Shown here in pieces: positions 35,084 through 41,619 of a stretch of DNA of 41,619 nucleotides. Each line of letters opens with the position of its first letter. Position 1 is the first letter of the stretch. Position numbers and translations under genes: made by a program. The notes under the pieces are model-generated. The model was not told where the DNA came from and did no database searches. It saw nothing but the letters and a program-made list of their open reading frames with translations. The DNA comes from a virus. The stretch lies in IMG/VR virus record IMGVR_UViG_3300045988_089644, one strand, 5' to 3'.

Positions 35084-36410
35084 CTGTTAACTCCTTTCCT
35101 TTCTGCAATGCTGCAAGGTTCTTTTCTTCAAAACTACCCTTAACGAGTAGGTAATAATAAAAACAAGGTTTATTCTGACCGATTCGGTGAATACGTTTCT
35201 TAGACTGTTCCCATAGATCACAAGAACCTTTTCCGAGCGGTAATGTAAAGTAAATGATCTTATTTGCTTTTTGTAAATTAACCCCCATTGCGCCAGCCTG
35301 ATACTGTACAAATGTGACTGAATCAGATGCATTCTCGTATGGCAACAAATCTTTTTGTTTCCCATTCACAACTGCAATAGGTCTATTGTGTTTCCACACA
35401 ATTTTAGATAGTCTTTCCAGTTCTTCATTGAAGTTGTAGAAAACAATCAGACGGTCTTCTGTTGATTCCAGTAAGTCCTTGAAAGCATCTAACTTCTCTT
35501 TGTGATACTGACCGCACAGCTGTCTACAGTACAGTGTTTTTGTCAAGCTGTTATCCCCAATGAGTTCTACATGGGGGGTTACATCTTTACCGAAAAAGTC
35601 TGAATCATCTTTGAATCTAATCAAATTTCTCGTGTCAAGGTCTATGTAACTGTGTTTCACAAAGAATCTGTATTCATTTGTAGTCTTTAAGAAAATCTTC
35701 TGTTCAATCTGTTCAGGGAGTTCAATAACTTCTTCTGTTTTCATAAACACCGCTCCAAATTGTTTTAATCTTTTTTTCAAATGCTGCACGTTCTTATACC
35801 CCGTGATGATCTCTTGTTTAAATGCACCCTGTTCTACCCACTCAGTCTGGACATATGAAGCGTAAAACGCTTTTTTTGATATGTCCCAACCGAGTAAGCG
35901 CAACTGTGACCATAACCGTTCATATTTCCCACTGGTCGGTGTACCTGATAAAAGCACTACACTTTCAGGCTGTAATTTCAGTATGAATTTTGACCGCTTA
36001 GCCTTTTCATTTTGAATAAGGCTTGATTCATCAAGTAACAATGTAAAGTCGGTTATATGGGCTATATACTTGCGTCTGAATACCAAATCGTAATTAATAA
36101 CCCCTACAATCTGCCTATCCTCATAGAAATCTTTTGTCTCTATTAACTGTCTGAAACGTATCCCCTGCTCTTTCTTCGTTAGATTGAACACTTCATAATC
36201 CGGGTAATACGTTTCAAAGTGTTCCATCCAGTCGTCAATCTTAGATTTCTGACAGACTACCAGATTCACATTGTTGTTAAGTAACCACATCTTTTCAGCC
36301 CCTACGAAGGTTTTACCTAACCCCATGTCAAGATAATATGCGACATGGTTTTTATCTTTGGTTGCGGTAAGGGCGGTTTCCTGATGCGGCATGAAAGAAA
36401 CTACTGACAT
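35067..36410 (-). CDS. SNF2-family (DEAD-like) helicase
   Basis: 447 aa. MGLGKT Walker A, LLLDESS motif II, and C-terminal helicase motifs QYQAGAMGVNLQ and RIHRIGQ. Confidence 0.85.
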   Translation of the reverse strand: MSVVSFMPHQETALTATKDKNHVAYYLDMGLGKTFVGAEKMWLLNNNVNLVVCQKSKIDDWMEHFETYYPDYEVFNLTKKEQGIRFRQLIETKDFYEDRQIVGVINYDLVFRRKYIAHITDFTLLLDESSLIQNEKAKRSKFILKLQPESVVLLSGTPTSGKYERLWSQLRLLGWDISKKAFYASYVQTEWVEQGAFKQEIITGYKNVQHLKKRLKQFGAVFMKTEEVIELPEQIEQKIFLKTTNEYRFFVKHSYIDLDTRNLIRFKDDSDFFGKDVTPHVELIGDNSLTKTLYCRQLCGQYHKEKLDAFKDLLESTEDRLIVFYNFNEELERLSKIVWKHNRPIAVVNGKQKDLLPYENASDSVTFVQYQAGAMGVNLQKANKIIYFTLPLGKGSCDLWEQSKKRIHRIGQNKPCFYYYLLVKGSFEEKNLAALQKGKELTDELFA

Positions 36411-36721
36411 ATTAATTTGGCAAATAACATTGCTAACATACTTGTAGGTGTCTCAGGGTTCTGTGCTGCATCTGATTCGGGGTTATATTTAATGTCGAGT
36501 TCTTTAACAACCTGCTCTAATGCTAAATCTGCAAAAACATCAACAAATGCATCTGTTAACTCTTCATCTCGATGAATTTCAAGCTGTATGATTAATTTAA
36601 TTGACTTATCAATTTCCCCTTGTGGGACATCTCCACCGCATAACGCTGCACATCTGTCAACACTTCTCTGTAATTTCTCAACAATACCTTTTTTCTTAAG
36701 AAGTTCAATAAACTGATTCAT
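36401..36721 (-). CDS. Hypothetical protein
   Basis: Start MNQFIELLKK at 36719-36721 with a GAGGG RBS. The longer ORF-track version overlaps the upstream gene. Confidence 0.5.
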   Translation of the reverse strand: MNQFIELLKKKGIVEKLQRSVDRCAALCGGDVPQGEIDKSIKLIIQLEIHRDEELTDAFVDVFADLALEQVVKELDIKYNPESDAAQNPETPTSMLAMLFAKLICQ

Positions 36722-36722
36722 A

Positions 36723-37877
36723 CTATTTACCCTCACTTTCAATCTTGATACCTGTACACTGTTCGAAAATCTCAATGTCAAAATTAGGAATTGACTTGAT
36801 TTTATTTCTATCTGTTTCTGAAAGATCATTCCACCAAATCTGAGCGCATTCAGATTCATCAAGAACTTTAAGATAACCGCCTGTTGTCTTATAAGATGGA
36901 TGTGCTTTCTTTTCTTCTTCCGTCATATAATTCTCATATACCCACTCAACGACATCTTTAGGAATATCCATCAGCAAGTATCTAGCATCAGAATTTAACC
37001 AATCTCTGTATGTCCATTTGGATGGTTTATTGAACAACATGATTGTTGATTCTTCTGTGTTAAAACAACCAGTATTGAAAGAAGATTTGTTCCAGTCCCC
37101 GGTGTTTCTGTTCCCGGTGTTGCAGTCCCCGGTGTTTCTGTTCCCGGTGTTGCAGTTCCCGGTGTTGCAGTCCCCGGTGTTGCAGTCCCCGGTGTTGCAG
37201 TTCCCGGTGTTGCAGTCCCCGGTGTTCCAGTCCCCGGTGTTGCAGTCCCCGGTGTTCCAGTCCCCGGTGTTGCAGTCCCCGGTGTTGCAGTCCCCGGTGT
37301 TGCAGTTCCCGGTGTTGCAGTCCCCGGTGTTGCAGTTCCCGGTGTTTCTGTTCCCGGTGTTCCAGTCCCCGGTGTTCCAGTCCCCGGTGTTCCAGTCCCC
37401 GGTGTTGCAGTTCCCGGTGTTTCTGTTCCCGGTGTTGCAGTCCCCGGTGTTCCAGTCCCCGGTGTTTCTGTTCCCGGTGTTCCAGTCCCCGGTGTTTCTG
37501 TTCCCGGTGTTGCAGTCCCCGGTGTTGCAGTCCCCGGTGTTGCAGTCCCCGGTGTTGCAGAGTCCTGTACAACTCTTTCCTGTATTTACGATAGTTAAGA
37601 GTTCCTGCCATGGGATTTCACGAACTATTTTGATTTTATTCGTACAGCACTTATCATCACCTCTTACGATGTCACCGTATGCGATAACTTCCGCTACCTT
37701 ATTGTCAGGATTAAAGCTATAATAATTAAAACAATCCGCTGCATTCTCACAAAAATGAAAACCTCTGTCACAACAACTTGGTTCAACATCTTCTTCAAAG
37801 ATTTTTCCTACCTCATACTGGAAACCTCTGCAAGTCCAATCTGGATTAAAAACCTTAAATCCTCTTACTTCGTTCAT
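36723..37877 (-). CDS. Pentapeptide-repeat protein: conserved Cys-rich N-terminal domain, about 31 perfect G(D/N)(C/W/R)NT repeats, and a C-terminal domain
   Basis: Start MNEVRGFKVFNPDW at 37877 with a GAGAGG RBS. N-terminal domain FKVFNPDWTCRGFQYEVGK...CDRGFHFCEN. The repeat run NTGDC/NTGDW/NTGNR was read directly. Confidence 0.8.
   Translation of the reverse strand: MNEVRGFKVFNPDWTCRGFQYEVGKIFEEDVEPSCCDRGFHFCENAADCFNYYSFNPDNKVAEVIAYGDIVRGDDKCCTNKIKIVREIPWQELLTIVNTGKSCTGLCNTGDCNTGDCNTGDCNTGNRNTGDWNTGNRNTGDWNTGDCNTGNRNTGNCNTGDWNTGDWNTGDWNTGNRNTGNCNTGDCNTGNCNTGDCNTGDCNTGDWNTGDCNTGDWNTGDCNTGNCNTGDCNTGDCNTGNCNTGNRNTGDCNTGNRNTGDWNKSSFNTGCFNTEESTIMLFNKPSKWTYRDWLNSDARYLLMDIPKDVVEWVYENYMTEEEKKAHPSYKTTGGYLKVLDESECAQIWWNDLSETDRNKIKSIPNFDIEIFEQCTGIKIESEGK
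37091..37560 (-). repeat. Tandem array of about 31 x 15 bp (CCCGGTGTTnCAGTn on the plus strand) encoding the pentapeptide repeats
   Basis: Visible as near-identical 15-mers across eight sequence lines. All six frames are open across it. Confidence 0.95.
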
Positions 37878-37901
37878 TTCTGTTACCTCTCTTTCTCGAC
37901 C

Positions 37902-38048
37902 TAGTTTTCGCATACTTCAATGTTAATAATTCTCGCTGAACTATGTGTTTTCTTGAAATTTTCTTTTACTTCTTCCTCGCTTGCAGCCCTGCCATACCAT
38001 TCGGATGTATAACAGTTCTGTCCATAATAAACTCTATATAATCTCATG
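37902..38048 (-). CDS. Hypothetical protein (48 aa, below the ORF-track cutoff)
   Basis: Hand translation: MRLYRVYYGQNCYTSEWYGRAASEEEVKENFKKTHSSARIINIEVCEN. AGAGAGGA RBS upstream. Confidence 0.45.
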
Positions 38049-38061
38049 CTGTCCTCTCTTT

Positions 38062-38481
38062 CTAAAGTGTGATTCCTTCAATTTCTGCAAAACGTCTTGC
38101 ATTAATGAAATAAGCCCATCTGTTATCAGATGTATGTACCGCATACCCCCATGGAAAAACCTGCTGTTGTAATCCCTTACGAATCGTATTGTGGTTCATC
38201 TGCAAGAGTTTTGCAGCCTTTTCAACATCTAACTTAGGGATTACCCCGTTCTTTACTTCCTTACTTGGAAGTACGACCATTTCGCTGTCTGATTTAGTGA
38301 AGTAATCTGATTCAAGTCCTAACGCTGTTGCGATCGCTATCTGCGTTTCTTCTGGTGGTATCTGCTTACCTGATAAGTACTGACTTACAGAACCTTTACT
38401 TTTCCCGGTGAGTCCACACACCTGACGTTGGTTCAAGCTTAAATCTTTCATAGCCTGTTTGAGTTTTTCTGCAAATGTCAT
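38062..38481 (-). CDS. XRE-family HTH protein with a C-terminal domain
   Basis: 139 aa. LSLNQRQVCGLTGKSKGSVSQYLSGKQ is a classic HTH_XRE segment. Confidence 0.7.
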   Translation of the reverse strand: MTFAEKLKQAMKDLSLNQRQVCGLTGKSKGSVSQYLSGKQIPPEETQIAIATALGLESDYFTKSDSEMVVLPSKEVKNGVIPKLDVEKAAKLLQMNHNTIRKGLQQQVFPWGYAVHTSDNRWAYFINARRFAEIEGITL

Positions 38482-38699
38482 AATGTAACACCTTCTTCCG
38501 GGAAAATGTTCTTGTTATACTGTCTCTTAAGGTGAATTCTGTATTTACCATCTGACAGTTTATCCTTTGAAATGATGCGGTATTTCTTATTACTGTTCTT
38601 CAAATCCTGCTCAAATACTGCATATTCCATCTCAGAATCAAACTCAATGAACTGTTCAATCCACGCTGAAATAATTCTTTTCATTGCTTTTTCGCTCAC
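38478..38699 (-). CDS. Hypothetical protein
   Basis: 73-aa ORF with 4-nt overlap to the next gene. Confidence 0.5.
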   Translation of the reverse strand: MSEKAMKRIISAWIEQFIEFDSEMEYAVFEQDLKNSNKKYRIISKDKLSDGKYRIHLKRQYNKNIFPEEGVTL

Positions 38700-38773
38700 T
38701 TTCTGCTACTATATAGCTGAAATAATTCTTTTCTTTGTCCTGTGGAAATGCCCGTTTCCATGGGACTAATTTT

Positions 38774-39499
38774 TTAGGGTGCTAAGAACTTGTTAATGAA
38801 ATACTGTTGTCCTTTACCTGTGACTTTAGTTGTCTTAGTAGTGACATTTACCCCGGCTCCATTAATGTAAGAACCCTCTTTGATTTCAAATAAACCAAGT
38901 TCCATTGCTCTTTGTGTCGGCATATTCTTAGCTGAACCACTCTTGATGAGAAAACCATTCTCACGCATCCATGCGAATAATCTTCGTTGTCCTGTCTCAA
39001 TGCCGTTCTGTTTTAACAGCTTTGCAAGTTCTCCGATTAAGATTGATGTGTGACTTGCTGAGACTGCATCTGCAAAAATCTCTTTCGGTCGCATTCTCTC
39101 AACGTCTTCAATCAATGCTGCATTATCAGATTTCAATGACTCAATAGTTTTGTCAGCCATCTTTAATGCTCTAGCAAAAATCTGTTCAGGTGTGTTCCAA
39201 GCCTTTTCAAGATCGAGAAAATACTGTCTGTATAGTCTGCCTTTTTCCGAACGCTGAATCATACAGATCTGTTTTGCCATGTCTGTCGAAATTTGATAAT
39301 CAACCATGTTCTGGGCTCCGCCGAGGGTGGGACATTTTTGGTACACCCTTTTCCAATCTACATTTTCTGTAAATCCATACTCAGTCATACGAGGAAACCA
39401 CTTCCTAAAATCAGTGTTTATTTCCAAACCCTCATGTAAATCTCTTGCAGAGACAGTTGGCTGCTCCGCGTCGTAGTTGATAGGAATTAAAGCTTTCAT
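38774..39499 (-). CDS. Phage antirepressor (AntA/pRha-type N-terminal domain plus KilA-C-type C-terminal domain)
   Basis: 241 aa. VSARDLHEGLEINTDFRKWFPRMTEYGF at the N-terminus and IGELAKLLKQNGIETGQRRLFAWMRENGFL at the C-terminus. Confidence 0.75.
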   Translation of the reverse strand: MKALIPINYDAEQPTVSARDLHEGLEINTDFRKWFPRMTEYGFTENVDWKRVYQKCPTLGGAQNMVDYQISTDMAKQICMIQRSEKGRLYRQYFLDLEKAWNTPEQIFARALKMADKTIESLKSDNAALIEDVERMRPKEIFADAVSASHTSILIGELAKLLKQNGIETGQRRLFAWMRENGFLIKSGSAKNMPTQRAMELGLFEIKEGSYINGAGVNVTTKTTKVTGKGQQYFINKFLAP

Positions 39500-39688
39500 C
39501 TATTCACCGTCCTTAATTACATCTACATCACCCGATGTTATCACTGTGCCGTTGCTATAAATAGCAACCCTTCCGCACATAGATAAATCTGCATCAAAGA
39601 AATAAGTTACTGTGTAAAGAAGTTTGTCATTGCGAAATACAGCCTCGACTACTCTCTCATTATCTCTGTATAGATTTCTTGTTTCCAT
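39500..39688 (-). CDS. Hypothetical protein
   Basis: 62-aa ORF abutting the antirepressor gene. Confidence 0.45.
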   Translation of the reverse strand: METRNLYRDNERVVEAVFRNDKLLYTVTYFFDADLSMCGRVAIYSNGTVITSGDVDVIKDGE

Positions 39689-39844
39689 CTATTCACCTTC
39701 TTTCTGTTCTTTAGATTCCTGTCTTTTGTTTGCTACCATTGCGGCACCTGTGATAACACCCTCAAGTCGTGCTTTCTGCACTTCGTCCATTTTGGGCATC
39801 ACCTCAGCCATTGTTTCAAGAATTTTCTTTTCTTTTTCTGACAT
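39689..39844 (-). CDS. Hypothetical protein (51 aa, below the ORF-track cutoff)
   Basis: Hand translation: MSEKEKKILETMAEVMPKMDEVQKARLEGVITGAAMVANKRQESKEQKEGE. AGGAAG RBS. The stop is adjacent to the next start. Confidence 0.45.
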   Translation of the reverse strand: MSEKEKKILETMAEVMPKMDEVQKARLEGVITGAAMVANKRQESKEQKEGE

Positions 39845-39905
39845 ATCTTTCACTTCCTTTCTGTTTCTGTGATATACTCCCTATTAGAAGGGAGGATAAT
39901 TAGAA

Positions 39906-40091
39906 ATGACTGAACAACGTTTACATGAATTAGCGGTTGCCTATGCTCAAATGAAATTGCGAGCATATCAGGAAAATCAGAAAGATACTATTGATTACAA
40001 TCCATTGTCGTGTGATTCTAACGAACTGCATCTTTTTGCAAAGGCATACCGCTTTGCTTTAGATAATTTCCTTAAATTCATTTTCGAATAG
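39906..40091 (+). CDS. Hypothetical protein, the only plus-strand ORF inside the early operon
   Basis: 61 aa. GGGAGG RBS 10 nt upstream. No competing minus-strand ORF fills this interval. Confidence 0.45.
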   Translation: MTEQRLHELAVAYAQMKLRAYQENQKDTIDYNPLSCDSNELHLFAKAYRFALDNFLKFIFE

Positions 40092-40092
40092 G

Positions 40093-40260
40093 CTAAAGCT
40101 TAAGGTTACTAGCTTCTACGGTACGGGCATCTCTGATTACGCTTTCGGTACGATTAAGTAATCGGATTGCCTGTGCTGTAGTAAGATCTTTTTCACGTAA
40201 CCATTCGTAAAGCTCTTTTACCATTTCGGCATTATCCCATGCTGCAAATACTGGTTGCAT
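40093..40260 (-). CDS. Hypothetical protein (55 aa, below the ORF-track cutoff)
   Basis: Hand translation: MQPVFAAWDNAEMVKELYEWLREKDLTTAQAIRLLNRTESVIRDARTVEASNLKL. GAGGTG RBS. Confidence 0.45.
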   Translation of the reverse strand: MQPVFAAWDNAEMVKELYEWLREKDLTTAQAIRLLNRTESVIRDARTVEASNLKL

Positions 40261-40342
40261 CTCTTCACCTCACTTTCTATGACCTGCCATCATCAGTACC
40301 GGGAGGTCATTCCCGGCAGACGGTCATTTCTGACCGTTTCGG

Positions 40343-40576
40343 CTAATTTGAAATGTTCTGCAATCCTGCAATCACAAGTGCAAGTGATGTTATTCCGTTG
40401 TTTTCTTTTTTTGCCTGAGCCGTCAATGCTGAATAAAGTTCATGAGGTATATTCTTCGTGCCGTTTAAAACTGCTAAACATTCATCGTAGGTTAATAAAT
40501 TAATCATTTCTTTCGCCTGCTCAATATTTTCAAGCTTATCAATTTTCTTATTTGCTAAATCTTCTCTTGTTATCAT
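40343..40576 (-). CDS. First early-operon protein (Cro position, no obvious HTH)
   Basis: 77 aa. AGGAGGAAAAC RBS. Immediately downstream of the divergent promoter/operator region. Confidence 0.55.
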   Translation of the reverse strand: MITREDLANKKIDKLENIEQAKEMINLLTYDECLAVLNGTKNIPHELYSALTAQAKKENNGITSLALVIAGLQNISN

Positions 40577-40606
40577 GTTTTCCTCCTGTTTTGTGTGTTG
40601 CTTTTC

Positions 40607-40710
40607 TTAACTTGGTTATACTTTATCATAACTCAGATAGCTTGTCAACCGTTTTTTATAACTCAGTTATATTTTTTATTGACTTTATAATTACCATGGT
40701 GTACTATACT
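40607..40710. promoter_or_regulatory. Divergent immunity region: three ATAACTnAGTTAT-like operators plus early (minus) and repressor (plus) promoters
   Basis: Operators: TTAACTTGGTTAT (40607-40619), ATAACTCAGATAG (40628-40640), ATAACTCAGTTAT (40658-40670, palindromic). Minus-strand promoter TTGACA (40643-40648)-N17-TAAAGT (40620-40625). Plus-strand promoter TTGACT (40679-40684)-N17-TACTAT (40702-40707). Confidence 0.55.
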
Positions 40711-40732
40711 AATTAGAAAGGAGGTGTCAAAA

Positions 40733-41113
40733 ATGAATCATCTTAATGAAAGAATTAATTATCTGATAAAGAGTCTCGGGATGAAAAAAACAGCTTTCGC
40801 TGAAAAACTTAATGTATCGCAGGCTTTTGTATCACAATTATGTTCAGGAGTTAAACAACCTAGCGAAAGAACAATACAAGATATATGTACTAAATTTAAT
40901 GTGAATGAAGAATGGTTACGAACTGGAAAGGGCGAAATATTCATCAGGTTATCTCGTAACGATGAGATTTCAAAATTCGTTGGGGAATTAATGAAAGAGG
41001 AAGAAGATTCCTTTAAGAATAGGTTAATCGCGGGACTGGCTGCGTTAGATGATACTGGATGGGACGTGTTAGAAACATTCCTTAATTCAATCCAACCAAA
41101 AGAAAAAGACTAG
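40733..41113 (+). CDS. CI-like XRE-family repressor without a peptidase S24 domain
   Basis: ATG at 40733 is 8 nt after AAAGGAGG. LGMKKTAFAEKLNVSQAFVSQLCSGVKQPS is an HTH_XRE segment. The C-terminal ~55 aa show no Ser/Lys S24 signature. Confidence 0.7.
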   Translation: MNHLNERINYLIKSLGMKKTAFAEKLNVSQAFVSQLCSGVKQPSERTIQDICTKFNVNEEWLRTGKGEIFIRLSRNDEISKFVGELMKEEEDSFKNRLIAGLAALDDTGWDVLETFLNSIQPKEKD

Positions 41114-41130
41114 AGGTTTTCCCTCTAGTC
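41108..41130 (-). terminator. Intrinsic terminator, strong on the minus strand
   Basis: GACTAGAGG / CCTCTAGTC 9-bp stem. On the minus strand it is followed by TTTTTCTTTTGG. On the plus strand only TAAGATG follows. Confidence 0.7.
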
Positions 41131-41220
41131 TAAGATGCCACAGATAAAGAAATACACGTTTTTCAGACAGGGTGTATCTAATTTATCAAGCATTTCAATA
41201 ATAAGTTTTTTGTAGTCCAC
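41125..41220 (-). CDS. Candidate 31-aa micro-protein under LexA-box control
   Basis: GTG start 8 nt after AAGGAG. Hand translation: (M)DYKKLIIEMLDKLDTPCLKNVYFFICGILD. The stop lies inside the terminator hairpin. Confidence 0.35.
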   Translation of the reverse strand: MDYKKLIIEMLDKLDTPCLKNVYFFICGILD

Positions 41221-41238
41221 ATTATCAGCTCCTTATAC

Positions 41239-41252
41239 AGAACATATGTACG
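41239..41252. promoter_or_regulatory. LexA (Cheo/SOS) box 1
   Basis: AGAACATATGTACG matches the Firmicutes consensus CGAACATATGTTCG at 12 of 14 positions. It sits between the -10 element and the RBS of the micro-ORF. Confidence 0.55.
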
Positions 41253-41267
41253 AAATCCCTTGATGTT

Positions 41268-41296
41268 ATGATACACCATTTCATGAGGGATTTCAA
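41268..41296 (-). promoter_or_regulatory. Sigma-A promoter TTGAAA-N17-TATCAT driving the micro-ORF unit
   Basis: Minus strand reads TTGAAA TCCCTCATGAAATGGTG TATCAT. It is bracketed by the 9-bp inverted repeat GAAATCCCT / AGGGATTTC (41252-41260, 41286-41294). Confidence 0.5.
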
Positions 41297-41305
41297 TAGT
41301 TTTAT

Positions 41306-41319
41306 TGAACATTTGTTCT
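41306..41319. promoter_or_regulatory. LexA (Cheo/SOS) box 2
   Basis: TGAACATTTGTTCT has a perfect GAAC-N4-GTTC core. It lies 9 nt upstream of the -35 element. Confidence 0.55.
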
Positions 41320-41409
41320 TGAAAAATATGGTTATCTTGTTACGATTATTATAACTCTTTTTCTAGGAAATGGAACGATATGGAGACAATCGGACGGTTA
41401 AGCGGACAT

Positions 41410-41607
41410 TTATTTTATATTTGTCTCAAAAAGGTCTGTTATCTGACAATTCAGAGCAATAGCAAGTTTTTCAAGTGTCCGAATCTTCGGGTTAGAATCT
41501 TCGTTCATATCATCCTGAATAGTTGACTTTGGTACTCCTGATTTAAGGGAAAGCTGCCTAATGGATATATTCTTTTCATACATGACTTGAGCTAGTAATA
41601 TTTTCAT
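41410..41607 (-). CDS. Small XRE-family HTH regulator, divergent from the TM2-Mrr gene on the circular map
   Basis: 65 aa. ISIRQLSLKSGVPKSTIQDDMN is the HTH. No clear SD. The 5' end lies in the terminal repeat. Confidence 0.7.
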   Translation of the reverse strand: MKILLAQVMYEKNISIRQLSLKSGVPKSTIQDDMNEDSNPKIRTLEKLAIALNCQITDLFETNIK

Positions 41608-41619
41608 ATGATTATTATC
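41565..41619. repeat. Terminal exact direct repeat, copy 2
   Basis: Identical to 1..55. Confidence 0.95.

Noticed and set aside
37091-37560. Regular short repeats as a possible CRISPR array
   Set aside because: The units are contiguous 15-mers with no spacers, lie inside a coding frame, and have no cas genes nearby. This is a coding tandem repeat.
37018-37722. 234-aa plus-strand ORF and 183-aa alternate-frame minus ORF (37060..37611) across the 15-bp array
   Set aside because: These are open frames produced by the periodic repeat, which has no stop codon in any frame. Only the frame continuous with the conserved N- and C-terminal domains (36723..37877, minus) makes a coherent protein.
41306-41333. 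Plus-strand promoter-like TTGAAC-N16-TATGGT overlapping LexA box 2
   Set aside because: Nothing coding lies downstream on the plus strand, and it would only run antisense into the XRE gene. The TTGAAC hexamer is better explained as half of the GAAC-N4-GTTC LexA box.

Overview
The window is a complete temperate siphovirus-type phage genome from a low-GC Firmicutes (Clostridia-like) host. The first and last 55 bp are identical, which indicates a circular assembly with about 41,564 bp of unique sequence. All calls come from reading the sequence and ORF track by hand and from motif recall. No database search was run, and hand-derived coordinates may be off by a few nt.

Gene layout:
- Minus strand, early and replication operon (40576 down to 26378): Ant antirepressor, XRE regulator, pentapeptide-repeat protein, SNF2 helicase, VRR-NUC, HD hydrolase, Sak4-like ATPase, DUF669, family-B DNA polymerase, primase-helicase.
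- Minus strand, late genes: DUF1492-type late regulator, TerS, TerL, portal, gp7-like head protein fused to an ADP-ribosyltransferase domain, scaffold, capsid, connectors, major tail, chaperones, tape measure, Dit/Tal.
- Minus strand, tail-fibre and lysis end: a tail fibre diversified by a diversity-generating retroelement (DGR; VR, TR and RT all present), then a lysis cassette of Cys-peptidase-like protein, holin and GH24/CW_7 endolysin.
- Plus strand, lysogeny genes: CI-like repressor, a TM2-anchored Mrr-type nuclease, and an AP2-type tyrosine integrase.

Most notable observations:
1. The DGR has 26 of 26 TR/VR mismatches at template adenines and has no recognisable Avd gene.
2. A compact unit flanked by two LexA (Cheo) boxes consists of a promoter, a 31-aa ORF and a terminator. 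It sits next to a repressor that has no S24 autocleavage domain.
3. A composite iteron-like element of about 270 bp occurs twice, 25 kb apart, and the two copies share an identical 86-bp arm.
4. A candidate oop-like small RNA unit lies antisense in the int leader.
5. A strong promoter fires straight into a terminator just before terS.
6. An early protein consists of about 31 perfect pentapeptide repeats with a Cys/Trp/Arg centre residue, encoded by a 15-bp tandem array.
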